64,000 bases of DNA. Origin: Centroscyllium fabricii. Lineage: Eukaryota. The notes beneath the pieces were generated by a model. It did no database searches, was not told the origin of the DNA, and saw nothing but the letters and a program-made list of their open reading frames with translations. Below, piece after piece: positions 51,662 through 64,000 of this stretch. Position numbers and translations under genes: made by a program. How positions within the stretch are numbered: position 1 is the first letter of the stretch; each line of letters starts with the position of its first letter. The DNA is taken from contig JBNRSN020000031.1 of the NCBI GenBank assembly GCA_051313645.2, positions 4,836,001 through 4,900,000 on the forward strand, written 5' to 3'.

Positions 51662-53798
51662 TGTAACCCTTTTTACGATTGGCCCCCCCCTCTCCTTTAC
51701 TGAGAATGGGGGGGTAGGTTAATACCAATTACCCCGTAGGTTCTTAACGTACCCCACGTGTAGAACTCTGTGACCTCCACCCAAATGTAACCCTTTTAAC
51801 TTGAGAGAGATGAATCTGAGACAAGATTTCTATTTACAAACTTTAATAACAGGGTTGGGAGATAGAGTTTAAATACAAACAGTGTTAAACAACTAGCAAC
51901 TGCATACACAAATAGAAAGCAGCATTAATGTCATACAACAAATCATTTACACATTCATTCAGCTCACAAACACTCCCAAGAACACACTTCAATCAGAACT
52001 TTACAATGGCAAGGTGCTCGCTTTAGCACCCTTCCAGAACACATTTCAATCAGCAATTTACAATGGCAAGGCACTCGCTTTAGCACCCTCACAGAACACA
52101 TTTCAATCAGCAATTTACAATGGCAAGGCATCCACTTTAGCACCCTTACACCTTGTTCCCCAAGCCCTTTTCTCAGAAGTTATTACTCACGACTGTCCGA
52201 ATAGGGCTTGACAATGAGGACCGTACACTACAGTCTCCTCATCTCAAGGGAGACAACGACGGCTCTTGGATCTGCCTCTGTCCTTTTAACACGAAAGCTT
52301 CCAGCATCTTCCAGCAGTGGGCGTCGCACACAGCTCTCCACCCTCTGCTTCCTGCAACCTCGTCTTCCCCAAGCCCTTCTCTCAGTAGCCGCCACTCACG
52401 ACTGTCCGAATAGGGCTTGACAATGAGTACCGTACACTACAGCCTACTCATCTCAAGAGAAACAACGACGGCTCTTGGAACTGTCTCTCAGTCCTTTTAA
52501 CACGAAAGCCTCCAGCCTCTTCCAGCAATGGGCGTCGCACACAGCTCTCCACCCTCTGCTTCCTGCAACCTCGTCTTCCCCAAGCCCTTCTCTCAGTAGC
52601 CGCCACTCACGACTGTCCGAACAGGGCTTGACAATGAGTACCGTACACTACAGCCTACTCATCTCAAGGGAAACAACGACGGCTCTTGGGACTGTCTCTC
52701 AGTCCTTTTAACACGAAAGCCTCCAGCATCTTCCAGCAGTGGGCGTCGCACACAGCTCTCCACCCTCTGCTTCCTGCAACCTCGTCTTCCCCAAGCCCTT
52801 CTCTCAGTAGCCGCCACTCACGACTGTCCGAATAGGGCTTGACAATGAGTACCGTACACTACAGCCTACTCATCTCAAGAGAAACAACGACGGCTCTTGG
52901 AACTGTCTCTCAGTCCTTTTAACACGAAAGCCTCCAGCCTCTTCCAGCAATGGGCGTCGCACACAGCTCTCCACCCTCTGCTTCCTGCAACCTCGTCTTC
53001 CCCAAGCCCTTCTCTCAGTAGCCGCCACTCACGACTGTCCGAATAGGGCTTGACAATGAGTACCGTACACTACAGCCTACTCATCTCAAGAGAAACAACG
53101 ACGGCTCTTGGAACTGTCTCTCAGTCCTTTTAACACGAAAGCCTCCAGCATCTTCCAGCAGTGGGCGTCGCACACAGCTCTCCACCCTCTGCTTCCTGCA
53201 ACCTCGTCTTCCCCAAGCCCTTCTCTCAGTAGCCGCCACTCACGACTGTCCGAACAGGGCTTGGCAATGAGTACCGTACACTACAGCCTACTCATCCCAA
53301 GGGAAACAACGACGGCTCTTGGAACTGCCTCTCTCATGGCTTCTCTGGATCTTTCCCGGATCTTCTCAATCTAACCTCCTTCTGGATCTTCCCCGGATCT
53401 TCTCAATCTAACCTCCTGCTCAATCTTCTCTCTTCCTCCTGCGCTCTATCTTAATTCCAGCTCAATCTTCTCTCCAGCTCAATCTTAATAATCCTGTCTC
53501 TAGGCGTGTCCAGCCTTTTATCCTGTCCTGGCTCCACCCTCCAGTAACTCACCCCACTTTTAGCCAGCCTATCACAAAGCAATCACACAGACTGGCCGGA
53601 GCCGAGTGCTGGTTTCCATGGCAGCCCAGCCTGGCTGAAACAGTGTTCAATCTCACACCTGGACAACCACCCCATGTGATCTGAACTTCCAGACAAACTG
53701 GCACCGAAGAGGTCACCTGACCTCAGACCACTGGATCCCTAGACTTTTAACCCTTTAGGGAGATTCTCCCTGACTCTGGGTTTCAGACCCAGGTTACA
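51662..53798 (-). repeat. 5' LTR (2137 bp) of the non-autonomous element
   Basis: Copy of 50010-51515 with three additional 211-bp units, a 2-bp indel at the C tract and about four substitutions seen by eye. Confidence 0.92.
52155..53333. repeat. ~211-bp tandem repeat inside the right LTR (about 5.6 units)
   Basis: CACGACTGTCCGAA recurs at 52188, 52397, 52608, 52819, 53030 and 53241. Confidence 0.92.
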
Positions 53799-56700
53799 TT
53801 CACGTAATCACATGCTGAGTTATCATTTGCCACAGGTATCTGTAAGGACAACCTATTATATTCACGTAATCACATGCTGAGTTATCATTGGCCCACAGGC
53901 ATCTGTAAGGACTACCTATTATATTCACGTAATCAAATGCTGAGTTATCATTGGCCTGCAGGCATCTGTAAGAACTGCCTATTATATTCACGTAATCAGA
54001 TGCTGAGTTATCATTGGCCCACAGGCATCTGTAAGGACTACCTTTTATATTCACGTAATCACATGCTGAATTATCATTGGCCAACAGGCATCTGTAAGGA
54101 CTACCTATTATATTCACGTAATCATATGCTGAGTTATCATCGGCCAACAGTCATCTGTAAGGACAACATATTGTATTCAAGTAATCACATGCTGAGTTAT
54201 CATTGGCCCACTGGCATCTGTATGGACTACCTATTATATTCACGTAATCACATTCTGAGTTATCATCGGCCCACAGGCATCTGGAAGGACTATCTATAAT
54301 ATTCACGTAATCACATGCTGATTTATCATTGGACCAAAGGCATCTGTAAGGACTAATATTGTATTCACGTAATCACATGCTGAGTTATCATTGGCCCGCA
54401 GGCATCTGTAAGAACTACCAATTATATTCACGTGATCACATGCTGAGTTATCATTGGCCCACAGGCATCTGTAAGGACTAGTATTGTACTCAATTAACCA
54501 AATGCTGAGTTATCATTGGCCCAAATTCATCTGTAAGGACTACTATTGTATTCACGTAATCACATGCTGAGTTATCATTGGCACGCAGGCATCTGCAAGG
54601 ACCACCTATTATATTCACGTAATCACACGCTGGGTTATCATTGGCCCACAGGCATCTGTAAGGACTACTATTATATTCACGTATTCACAAGATGAGTTAT
54701 CATTGGCCCACTGGCATCTGTAAGGACTACTATTGTATTCACGTAATCAAACGCTGAGATATCATTGGCCCACAGGCATCTGTAAGGACTACTATTGTAT
54801 TCACGTAATCACATGCTGAGTTATAATTGGCCCGCAGGCATCTGTATGGGCTACCTATTATATTCACGTAATCACATGCTGAGTTATCATTGGCCCACAG
54901 GCATCTGTAAGGACTACTGTTATATTAACGTAATCATATGCTGAGTTATCATTGGCCCATAGGCATCTGTAAGGACTACCTATTATATTCACGTAATCAA
55001 ATGCTGAATTATCATTGTCCCAGAGGCATCTGTAAGGACTACCTATTATTATCACGTAATCACATGCTGAATTATCATTGGCCCACAGGAATCTGTAAGG
55101 ACTACCTATTATATTCATGTAATCACATGCTGAGTTATCATTGGCCCACAGGCATCTGTAAGGACTACCTGTTATATTCACGTAATCACATGCTGAGTTA
55201 TCATTGGCCCACAGGCGTTTGGAAGGACTACCTATTATATTCACGTATTCACATGCTGAGTTATCATTGGCCCACAGGCATCTGTAAGGACTACCTTTTA
55301 TATTCACGTAATCACATGCTGAATTATCATTGGCCAACAGGCATCTGTAAGGACTACCTATTATATTTACGTAATCATATGCTGAGTTATCATTGGCCCA
55401 CAGGCATCTGTAAGGACAACTTATTGTATTCAAGTAATCATATGCTGAGTTATCATTGGCCCACAGGCATCTGTAAGGACTACCTATTATATTCACATAA
55501 TCACATGCTGAGTTATCATTGGCCCACAGGTATCTGTAAGGACTACCTATTATATTCACATAATCACATGCTGCGTTATCATTGTCCCACAGGCATCTGG
55601 AAGGACTACCAATTATATTCACGTAATCACATGTTGAGTTATCATTGGCCCACAGGCATCTGTAAGGACTACCTATTATATTCACATAATCACATGTTGA
55701 GTTATCATTGGCCCACAGGCATCTGGAAGGACTATCTATTATATTCACGTAATCACATGCTGAGTTATCATTGGCCACAGGCATCTGTAAGGACAACCTA
55801 TTATATTCACGTAATCACATGCTGAGTTATCATTGGCCCACAGGCATCTGTAAGGACTACCTATTATATTCACGTAATCAAATGCTGAGTTATCATTGGC
55901 CTGCAGGCATCTGTAAGAACTGCCTATTATATTTACGTAATCAGATGCTGAGTTATCATCGGCCCACAGGCATCTGTAAGGACTACCTATTATATTCACG
56001 TAATCACATGCTGAGTTATCATTGGCCCACAGGCATCTGTAAGAACTACCTTTTATATTCACGTAATCACATGCTGAATTATCATTGGCCCACAGGCATC
56101 TGGAAGGACTACCTATTATATTCACGTAATCACATTCTGATTTATCATTGGCCAACAGGCATCTGGAAGGACTACCTATTATATTCACGTAATCACATGC
56201 TGAATTATCATTGGACCAAAGGCATCTGTAAGGACTACCTATATATTCAGGTAATCACATGCTGAATTATCATTGCCCACAGGCATCTGTAAGGACTACC
56301 TATTATATTCACGTAATCACATGCTGAGTTATCATTGCCCCACTGGCATCTGTATGGACTACCTATTATATTCACGTAATCACATTCTGAGTTATCATCG
56401 GCCCACAGGCATCTGGAAGGACTATCTATAATATTCACGTAATCACATGCTGATTTATCATTGGACCAAAGGCATCTGTAAGGACAAATATTGTATTCAC
56501 GTAATCACATGCTGAGATATCATTGGCCCACAGGCATTTGTAAGGACTACCTATTATATTTACGTAATTACATGCTGAGTTATCATTGGCCCACAGGCAT
56601 CTGGAAGGACTACCTATTATATTCACGTAATCACATGCTGAGTTATCATTGGCCCACATGCATCTGGAAGGCCTACCTATTATATTCACGTAATCACATG

Positions 56701-59700
56701 CTGAATTATCATTGGACCAAAGGCATCTGTAAGGACTACCTATTATATTCACGTAATCACATGTTGAGTTATCATTGGCCACCATGCATCTGTAAGGAAT
56801 ACCTATTATATTCACGTAATCACATGCTGAATTATCATTGCGCACAGGCATCTGTAAGGACTACCTATTATATTCACGTAATCACATGCTGAGTTATCAT
56901 TGGCCCAATGGCATCTGTAAGGACTACTAATGTATTCACTTAACCACATGCTGAGTTATCATTGTCCGCAGGCATCTGTAAGGACTACCCATTATATTCA
57001 CGTAATCACATGCTGTGTTATCATTGGCCCATAGGCATCTGTAAGGACTACTATTGTATTCACGTAATCAAATGCTGAGTTATTATTGGCCTGCAGCCAT
57101 CTGTAAGGACAACTAATATATTCACGTAATCACATGCTGAGTTATCATTGGCCCACAGGCATCTGTAAGGACTTCCCATTGTATTCACGTAATCACATGC
57201 TGAGTTATCATTGGCCCACAGGCATCTGTAAGGTCTACTATTGTATACACGTAATCAAATGCTGAGTTATTATTGGCCTACAGGCATCTGTAAAGACTAC
57301 TATTATATTCACATAATCACATGCTGAGTTATCATTGGCCCACTGGCATCTGTAAGGACTACTATTGTATTCACGTAATCAAATGCTGAGTTATCATTGG
57401 CCCACAGGCATCTGTAAGGACTACTATTTTATTCACGTAATCACATGCTGAGTTATCATTGGCCCGCAGGCATCTGTAAGGACTACGTATTATATTCACG
57501 TATCCACATGCTGAATTATCATTGGATGAAAGGCATCCGTAAGGACTGCCTATTATATTCACGTAATCACATGTTGAGTTATCATTGGACCACAGGCATC
57601 TGTAAGGACTACCTATTATATTCACGTAATCACAAGCTGAATTATCATTGCCCACAGGCATCTGTAAGGACTACCTATTATATTCACGTAATCACATGCT
57701 GAGTTATCTTTGGCCCACTGGCATCTGTAAGGACTACTATTGTATTCACTTAACCACATGCTGAGTTATCATTGGCCGGAGGCATCTGTAAGGACGACCT
57801 ATTATATTCACGTAATCACATGCTGAGTTATCATTGGCCCACAGGCATCTGTATGGACTACCTATTATATTCACGTAATCACATGCTGAGTTATCATTGG
57901 GCCACAGGCATCTGTAAGGACTACCTATTATATTCACGTAATCACATGCTGAGTTATCATTGGCCCACAGGCATTTGTAAGGGTTACCTATTATATTCAC
58001 GTAATCACATGCTGAGTTATCATTGGCACACAGGCATCTGTAAGGACTACCTATTATATTCTCGTAATCACATGCTGAATTATCATTGGCCCACAGGCAT
58101 CTGTAAGGACTATGTATTATATTCACGTAATCACATGCTGAGTTATCATTGGCCCACAGGCATCTGTAAGGACTACCTATTATATTCACGTAATCACATG
58201 CTGAGTTATCATTGGCCCACAGGCATCTGTAAGGACTACCTATTATATTCACGTAATCCCATGCTGAGATACCATTGGCCCACAGGCATCTGTAAGGACT
58301 ACCTATTATATTCACGTAATCACATGCTAAGTTATCATTGGCCCACAGGCATCTGTAAGGACTTCCTATTATATTCACGTAATCACATGCTGAATTATCA
58401 TTGGCCCACAGGCATCTGTAATGACTACCTATTATATTTACGTAATCACATGCTGAGTTATCATTGGCCCGCAGGCATCTGTAAGGACTACCAATTATAT
58501 TCACGTGATCACATGCTGAGTTATCATTGGCCCACAGGCATCTGTAAGTACTACTATTGTATTCAATTAACCAAATGCTGAGTTATCATTGGCCCACAGG
58601 CATCTGTAAGGACTACTAATGTATTCACGTAATCACATGCTGAGTTATCATTGGCCCGCAGGCATCTGTAAGGACTAACAATTATATTCACGTAATCAGA
58701 CGCTGAGTTATCATTGGCCCACAGGCATCTGTAAGGACTACTATTATATTCACGTAATCACATGCTGAGTTATCATTGGCCCACTGGCATCTGTAAGGAC
58801 TACTATTGTATTCAAGTAATCAAATGCTGAGTTATCATTGGCCCACAGGCATCTGTAAGGACTACTATTGTATTCACGTAATCACATGCTGAGTTATCAT
58901 TGGCCCGCAGGCATCTGTAAGGGCTCCTATTATATTCACGTAATCACATGCTCAGTTATCATTGGCCCACAGGCATCTGTAAGGACTACCTATTATATTC
59001 ACGTAATCACATGCTGAATTATCATTGGCCCACAGTCATTTGTAAGGGCTACCTATTATATTCTCGTAATCACATGCTGAGTTATCATTGGCCCACAGGC
59101 ATCTGTAAGGACTACCTATTTTATTCACGTAATCACATGATGAGTTATCATTGGCCCACAGGCATCTGTAAGGACTACCTATTATATTCCCGCAATAATA
59201 TGCTGAGTTATCATTGGCCCATGGGCATTTGTAAGGTCTACCTATTATATTCACGTAATCAAATGCTGAGATATCATTGGCCCACAGGCTACTGTAAGGA
59301 CTACCTATTATACTCAGGTAATCAAATGCTGAATTATCATTGGCCCACAGGCATCTGTAAAAACTACCTATTATATTCACGTAATCACATGCTGAGTTAT
59401 CATTGGCCCACAGGTATCTGTAAGGACTACCTATTATATTCACGTAATCACATGCTGAGTTATCATTGGCCGACTGGCATCTGTAAGGACTACTATTGTA
59501 TTCACGTAATCTAATGCTGAGTTATCATTGGCCTGCAGGCATCTGTAAGGACAACTATTATATTCACGTAATCACATGCTGAGTTATCATTGGCCCACAG
59601 GCATCTGTAAGGACTACCTATTATATTCACGTAATCACATGCTGAGTTATCATTGGCACACAGGCATCTGTAAGGACTACCTCTAATATTCACGTAATCA

Positions 59701-62700
59701 CATGCTGAATTATCATTGGCCCACAGGCATCTGAAAGGACTACCAATTATATTCACGTGATCACATGCTGAGTTATCATTGGCCCACAGGCATCTGTAAG
59801 GACTACCTGTTATATTCATGTAATCTCACGCTGAGTTATCATTGGCCCACAGGCATTTGTAAGGACTACGTATTATATTCACGTAATCACATGCTGAGTT
59901 ATCATTGGCCCACAGGCATCTGTAAGGACTACCTATTATATTCACGTAATCACATGCTGAGTTATCATTGGCCCACAGGCATCTGTAAGGACTACCTATT
60001 ATATTCACGTAAACCCATGCTGAGATACCATTGGCCCACAGGCATCTGTAAGGACTACCTATTATATTCACGTAATCACATGCTGAATTATCATTGGCCC
60101 ACAGGCATCTGTAATGACTACCTATTATATTTACGTAATCACATGCTGAGTTATCATTGGCCCGCAGGCATCTGTAAGGACTACCAATTATATTCACGTG
60201 ATCACATGCTGAGTTATCATTGGCCCACAGGCATCTGTAAGGACTACTATTGTATTCAATTAACCAAATGCTGAGTTATCAGTGGCCCACAGGCATCTGT
60301 AAGGACTACTAATGTATTCACGTAATCACATGCTGAGTTATCATTGGCCCGCAGGCATCTGTAAGGACTACCTATTATATTCACGTAATCAGACGCTGAG
60401 TTATCATTGGCCCACAGGCATCTGTAAGGACTACTATTATATTCACGTAATCACATGCTGAGTTATCATTGGCCCACTGGCTTCTGTAAGGACTACTATT
60501 GTATTCAATTAATCAAATGCTGAGTTATCATTGGCCCACAGGCATCTGTAAGGACTACTATTGTATTCACGTAATCACATGCTGAATTATCATTGGCCCG
60601 CAGGCATCTGTAAGGGCTCCTATTATATTCACGTAATCACATGCTGAGTTATCATTGGCCCACAGGCATCTGTAAGGACTACCTATTATATTCACGTAAT
60701 CACATGCTGAATTATCATTGGCCCACAGGCATTTGTAAGGGTTACCTATTATATTCACGTAATCACATGCTGAGTTATCATTGGCCCACAGGCATCTGTA
60801 AGGACTACCTATTTTATTCACGTAATCACATGATGAGTTATCATTGGCCCACAGGCATCTGTAAGGACTACCTATTATATTCCCGCAATAATATGCTGAG
60901 TTATCATTGGCCCATGGGCATCTGTAAGGTCTACCTATTATATTCACGGAATCAAATGCTGAGATATCATTGGCCCACAGGCTACTGTAAGGACTACCTG
61001 TTATACTCAGGTAATCACATGCTGAATTATCATTGGCCCACAGGCATCTGTAAAAACTACCTATTATATTCACGTAATCACATGCTGAGTTATCATTGGC
61101 CCACAGGTATCTGTAAGGACTACCTATTATATTCACGTAATCACATGCTGAGTTATCATTGGCCCACTGGCATCTGTAAGGACTACGTATTATATTCACG
61201 TAATCACATGCTGAGTTATCATTGGCCCACAGGTATCTGTAAGGACTACCTATTATATTCACGTAATCACATGCTGAGTTATCATTGGCCCTCAGGCTTC
61301 TGGAAGGACTACCTATTATATTCACGTAATCACATGCTAAATTATCATTGGACCAAAGGCATCTGTAAGGACTACCTATTATATTCACGTAATCACATGT
61401 TGAGTTATCATTGGCCCACAGGCATCTGTAAGGACTACCTATTATACTCACGTAATCACATGCTGAGTTATCATTGGCCCACAGGCATCTGTAAGGACTA
61501 CATATTATATTGACGTTATCACATGCTGAATTATGATTGGCCCACAGGCATCTGGAAGGACTACCTATTATATTCACGTAATCACATGCTGAGTTATCAT
61601 TGGCCACAGGCATCTGTAAGGACAACCTATTATATTCACGTAATCACATGCTGAGTTATCATTGGCCCACAGGCATCTTTAAGGACTACCTATTATATTC
61701 ACGTAAACAAATGCTGAGTTATCATTGGCCTGCAGGCATCTGTAAGGACTGCCTATTATATTCACGTAATCACATGCTGAGTTATCATTGGCCCACAGGC
61801 ATCTGTAAGGACTAACTATTATATTCACGTAATCACATGCTGAGTTATCATTGGCGACAGGCATCTCTAAAGACTACCTATTATATTCACGTAATCACAT
61901 GCTGAGTTATCATTGGCCCACAGGCATCTGTAAGGACTACCTTTTATATTCACGTAATCACATGCTGAATTATCATTGGCCCACAGGCATCTGTAAGGAC
62001 AACCTATTATATTCACGTAATCACATGCTGAGTTATCATTGGCCCACAGGCACCTGTAAGGACTACCTATTATATTCACGTAATCACATGATGATATATC
62101 ATTGGCCCACAGGCATCTGTAAGGACTACCTATTATATTCACGTAATCACATGCTGAGTTATCATTGGCCCACAGGCATCAGTTAGGACTACCTATTATA
62201 TTCACATAATCACATGCTGAATTATCATTGGCCCACAGGCATCTGTAAGGACTACCTATTATATTCACGTAATCAAATGCTGAGTTATCATTGCCCACTG
62301 GCATCTGTAAGGACTACCTATTATATTCACGTAATCACATGCTGAGATATCATTGGCCCACAGGCATCTGTAAGGACTACCTATTATATTCACGTAATCA
62401 CATGCTAAGTTATCATTGGCCCACAGGCATCTGTAAGGACTACCTATTATATTCACGTAATCACATTCTGAATTATCATTGGCCCACAGGCATCTGTAAG
62501 GACTACCTATTATATTCCCGTAATCATATGCTGAGTTATCATTGGCCCACAGACATCTGTAAGGATTACCTTTTATATTCACGTAATCACATGCTGAGTT
62601 ATCATTGCGCACAGGCATCTGTAAGGACTACCTATTATATTCCCGCAATAATATGCTGAGTTATCATTGGCCCATGGGCATCTGTAAGGTCTACCTATTA

Positions 62701-64000
62701 TATTCACGTAATCAAATGGTGAGATATCATTGGCCCACAGGCAACTGTAAGGACTACCTATTATATTCAGGTAATCACATGCTGAATTATCATTGGCCCA
62801 CAGGCATCTGCAAAAACTACCTATTATATTCACGTAATCACATGCTGAGTTATCATTGGCCCACAGGCATCTGTAAGGACTACCTGTTATATTCACGTAA
62901 TCCCATGCTGAGTATTCATTGGCCCACAGGCATTTGAAAGGACTACCTATTATATTCAAGTATTCACATATTGAGTTATCATTGGCCCACAGCCATCTGT
63001 AAGGACTACCTTTTATATTCACGTAATCACATGCTGAGTTATCATTGGCCAACAGGCATCTGTAAGGACTACCTATTATATTCACGTAATCATATGTTGA
63101 GTTATCATCGGCCAACAGTCACCTGTAAGGACAACCTATTGTATTCAATGAATCACATGCTGAGTTATCATTGGCTCACAGGCATCTGTAAGGACTACCT
63201 ATTATATTCACGTAATCACATGCTGAGTTATCATTGGCCCACAGGCATCTGTAAGGACTACCTATTATATTCACGTAATCACATGCTGAGTTATCATTGG
63301 CCCACAGGCATCTGTAAGGACTACCTATTATATTCACGTAATCCCATGCTGAGATACCATTGGCCCACAGGCATCTGTAAGGACTACCTATTATATTCAC
63401 GTAATCACATGCTAAGTTATCATTGGCCCACAGGCATCTGTAAGGACTTCCTATTATATTCACGTAATCACATGCTGAATTATCATTGGCCCACAGGCAT
63501 CTGTAATGACTACCTATTATATTTACGTAATCACATGCTGAGTTATCATTGGCCCGCAGGCATCTGTAAGGACTACCAATTATATTCACGTGATCACATG
63601 CTGAGTTATCATTGGCCCACAGGCATCTGTAAGGACTACTATTGTATTCAATTAACCAAATGCTGAGTTATCATTGGCCCACAGGCATCTGTAAGGACTA
63701 CTAATGTATTCACGTAATCACATGCTGAGTTATCATTAGCCCGCAGGCATCTGTAAGGACTAACTATTATATTCACGTAATCAGACGCTGAGTTATCATT
63801 GGCCCACAGGCATCTGTAAGGACTACTATTATATTCACGTAATCACATGCTGAGTTATCATTGGCCCACTGGCATCTGTAAGGACTACTATTGTATTCAA
63901 GTATTCAAATGCTGAGTTATCATTGGCCCACAGGCATCTGTAAGGACTACTATTGTATTCACGTAATCACATGCTGAGTTATCATTGGCCCGCAGGCATC
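53799..64000. repeat. 63-bp tandem satellite array, segment 4
   Basis: The monomer resumes in register after the TSD and runs off the window end. Confidence 0.99.

Larger units (their letters stand above)
50010..53798 (-). mobile_element. Non-autonomous LTR retroelement with very large LTRs and a 146-bp non-coding interior
   Basis: Direct repeats 50010-51515 and 51662-53798 each have TGTAACC...GGTTACA termini. The 4-bp TSD is TTCA (50006-50009 and 53799-53802). A minus-strand tRNA-Pro PBS and a PPT lie between the LTRs. No retroelement coding sequence was found. Superfamily (ERV class I versus Gypsy) is unresolved. Confidence 0.92.

Noticed and set aside
50503-53374. Short ORFs (65-88 aa) in the giant LTRs
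   Set aside because: They lie in tandem repeats, mostly use non-ATG starts, run antisense to the PBS/PPT orientation and show no gag, pol or env motifs.
50010-53798. Interpretation as two tandem solo LTRs or as a DNA transposon
   Set aside because: One TSD flanks the whole unit, and the spacer has a correctly oriented PBS and PPT, so it is a single two-LTR element.
35536-53798. Gypsy element as the autonomous helper of the giant-LTR element
   Set aside because: The primers differ (Trp versus Pro), the termini differ beyond TGT/ACA, and no LTR similarity is visible.
35-63666. Hundreds of 60-350-aa ORFs with 21-aa repeats on both strands, with a superficial Cys/His zinc-finger look
   Set aside because: They are by-products of a 63-bp monomer. 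They are repeatedly broken by amplified 1-bp deletions and stops, have no unique N- or C-terminal domains, and lack C2H2 spacing.

Overview
Eukaryotic, probably vertebrate, heterochromatin-like window. About 55 kb is a head-to-tail 63-bp satellite (consensus TTCACGTAATCACATGCTGAGTTATCATTGGCCCACAGGCATCTGTAAGGACTACCTATTATA, roughly 880 monomers, with recurrent 62-bp variants and irregular kb-scale higher-order duplications). Almost all ORFs in the track are artefacts of this 21-codon repeat. Three retroelements interrupt the array. (1) A 172-bp Penelope-like remnant at 29955-30126 has a perfect 32-bp inverted repeat and a hammerhead-like core. (2) An intact 4.8-kb Ty3/Gypsy element of the CsRn1/Kabuki type at 35536-40343 has identical 278-bp LTRs, a tRNA-Trp PBS, a single 1315-aa gag-pol ORF and an ACGT TSD. 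(3) A non-coding minus-strand LTR element at 50010-53798 consists of two very large LTRs (1.5 and 2.1 kb) around only 146 bp carrying a tRNA-Pro PBS, a hairpin and a PPT (TTCA TSD). All three unrelated elements inserted within 3 nt of each other at the TTCACGT motif of the monomer, and each has an empty-site paralog elsewhere in the window. Everything was read by eye; no database search was run.
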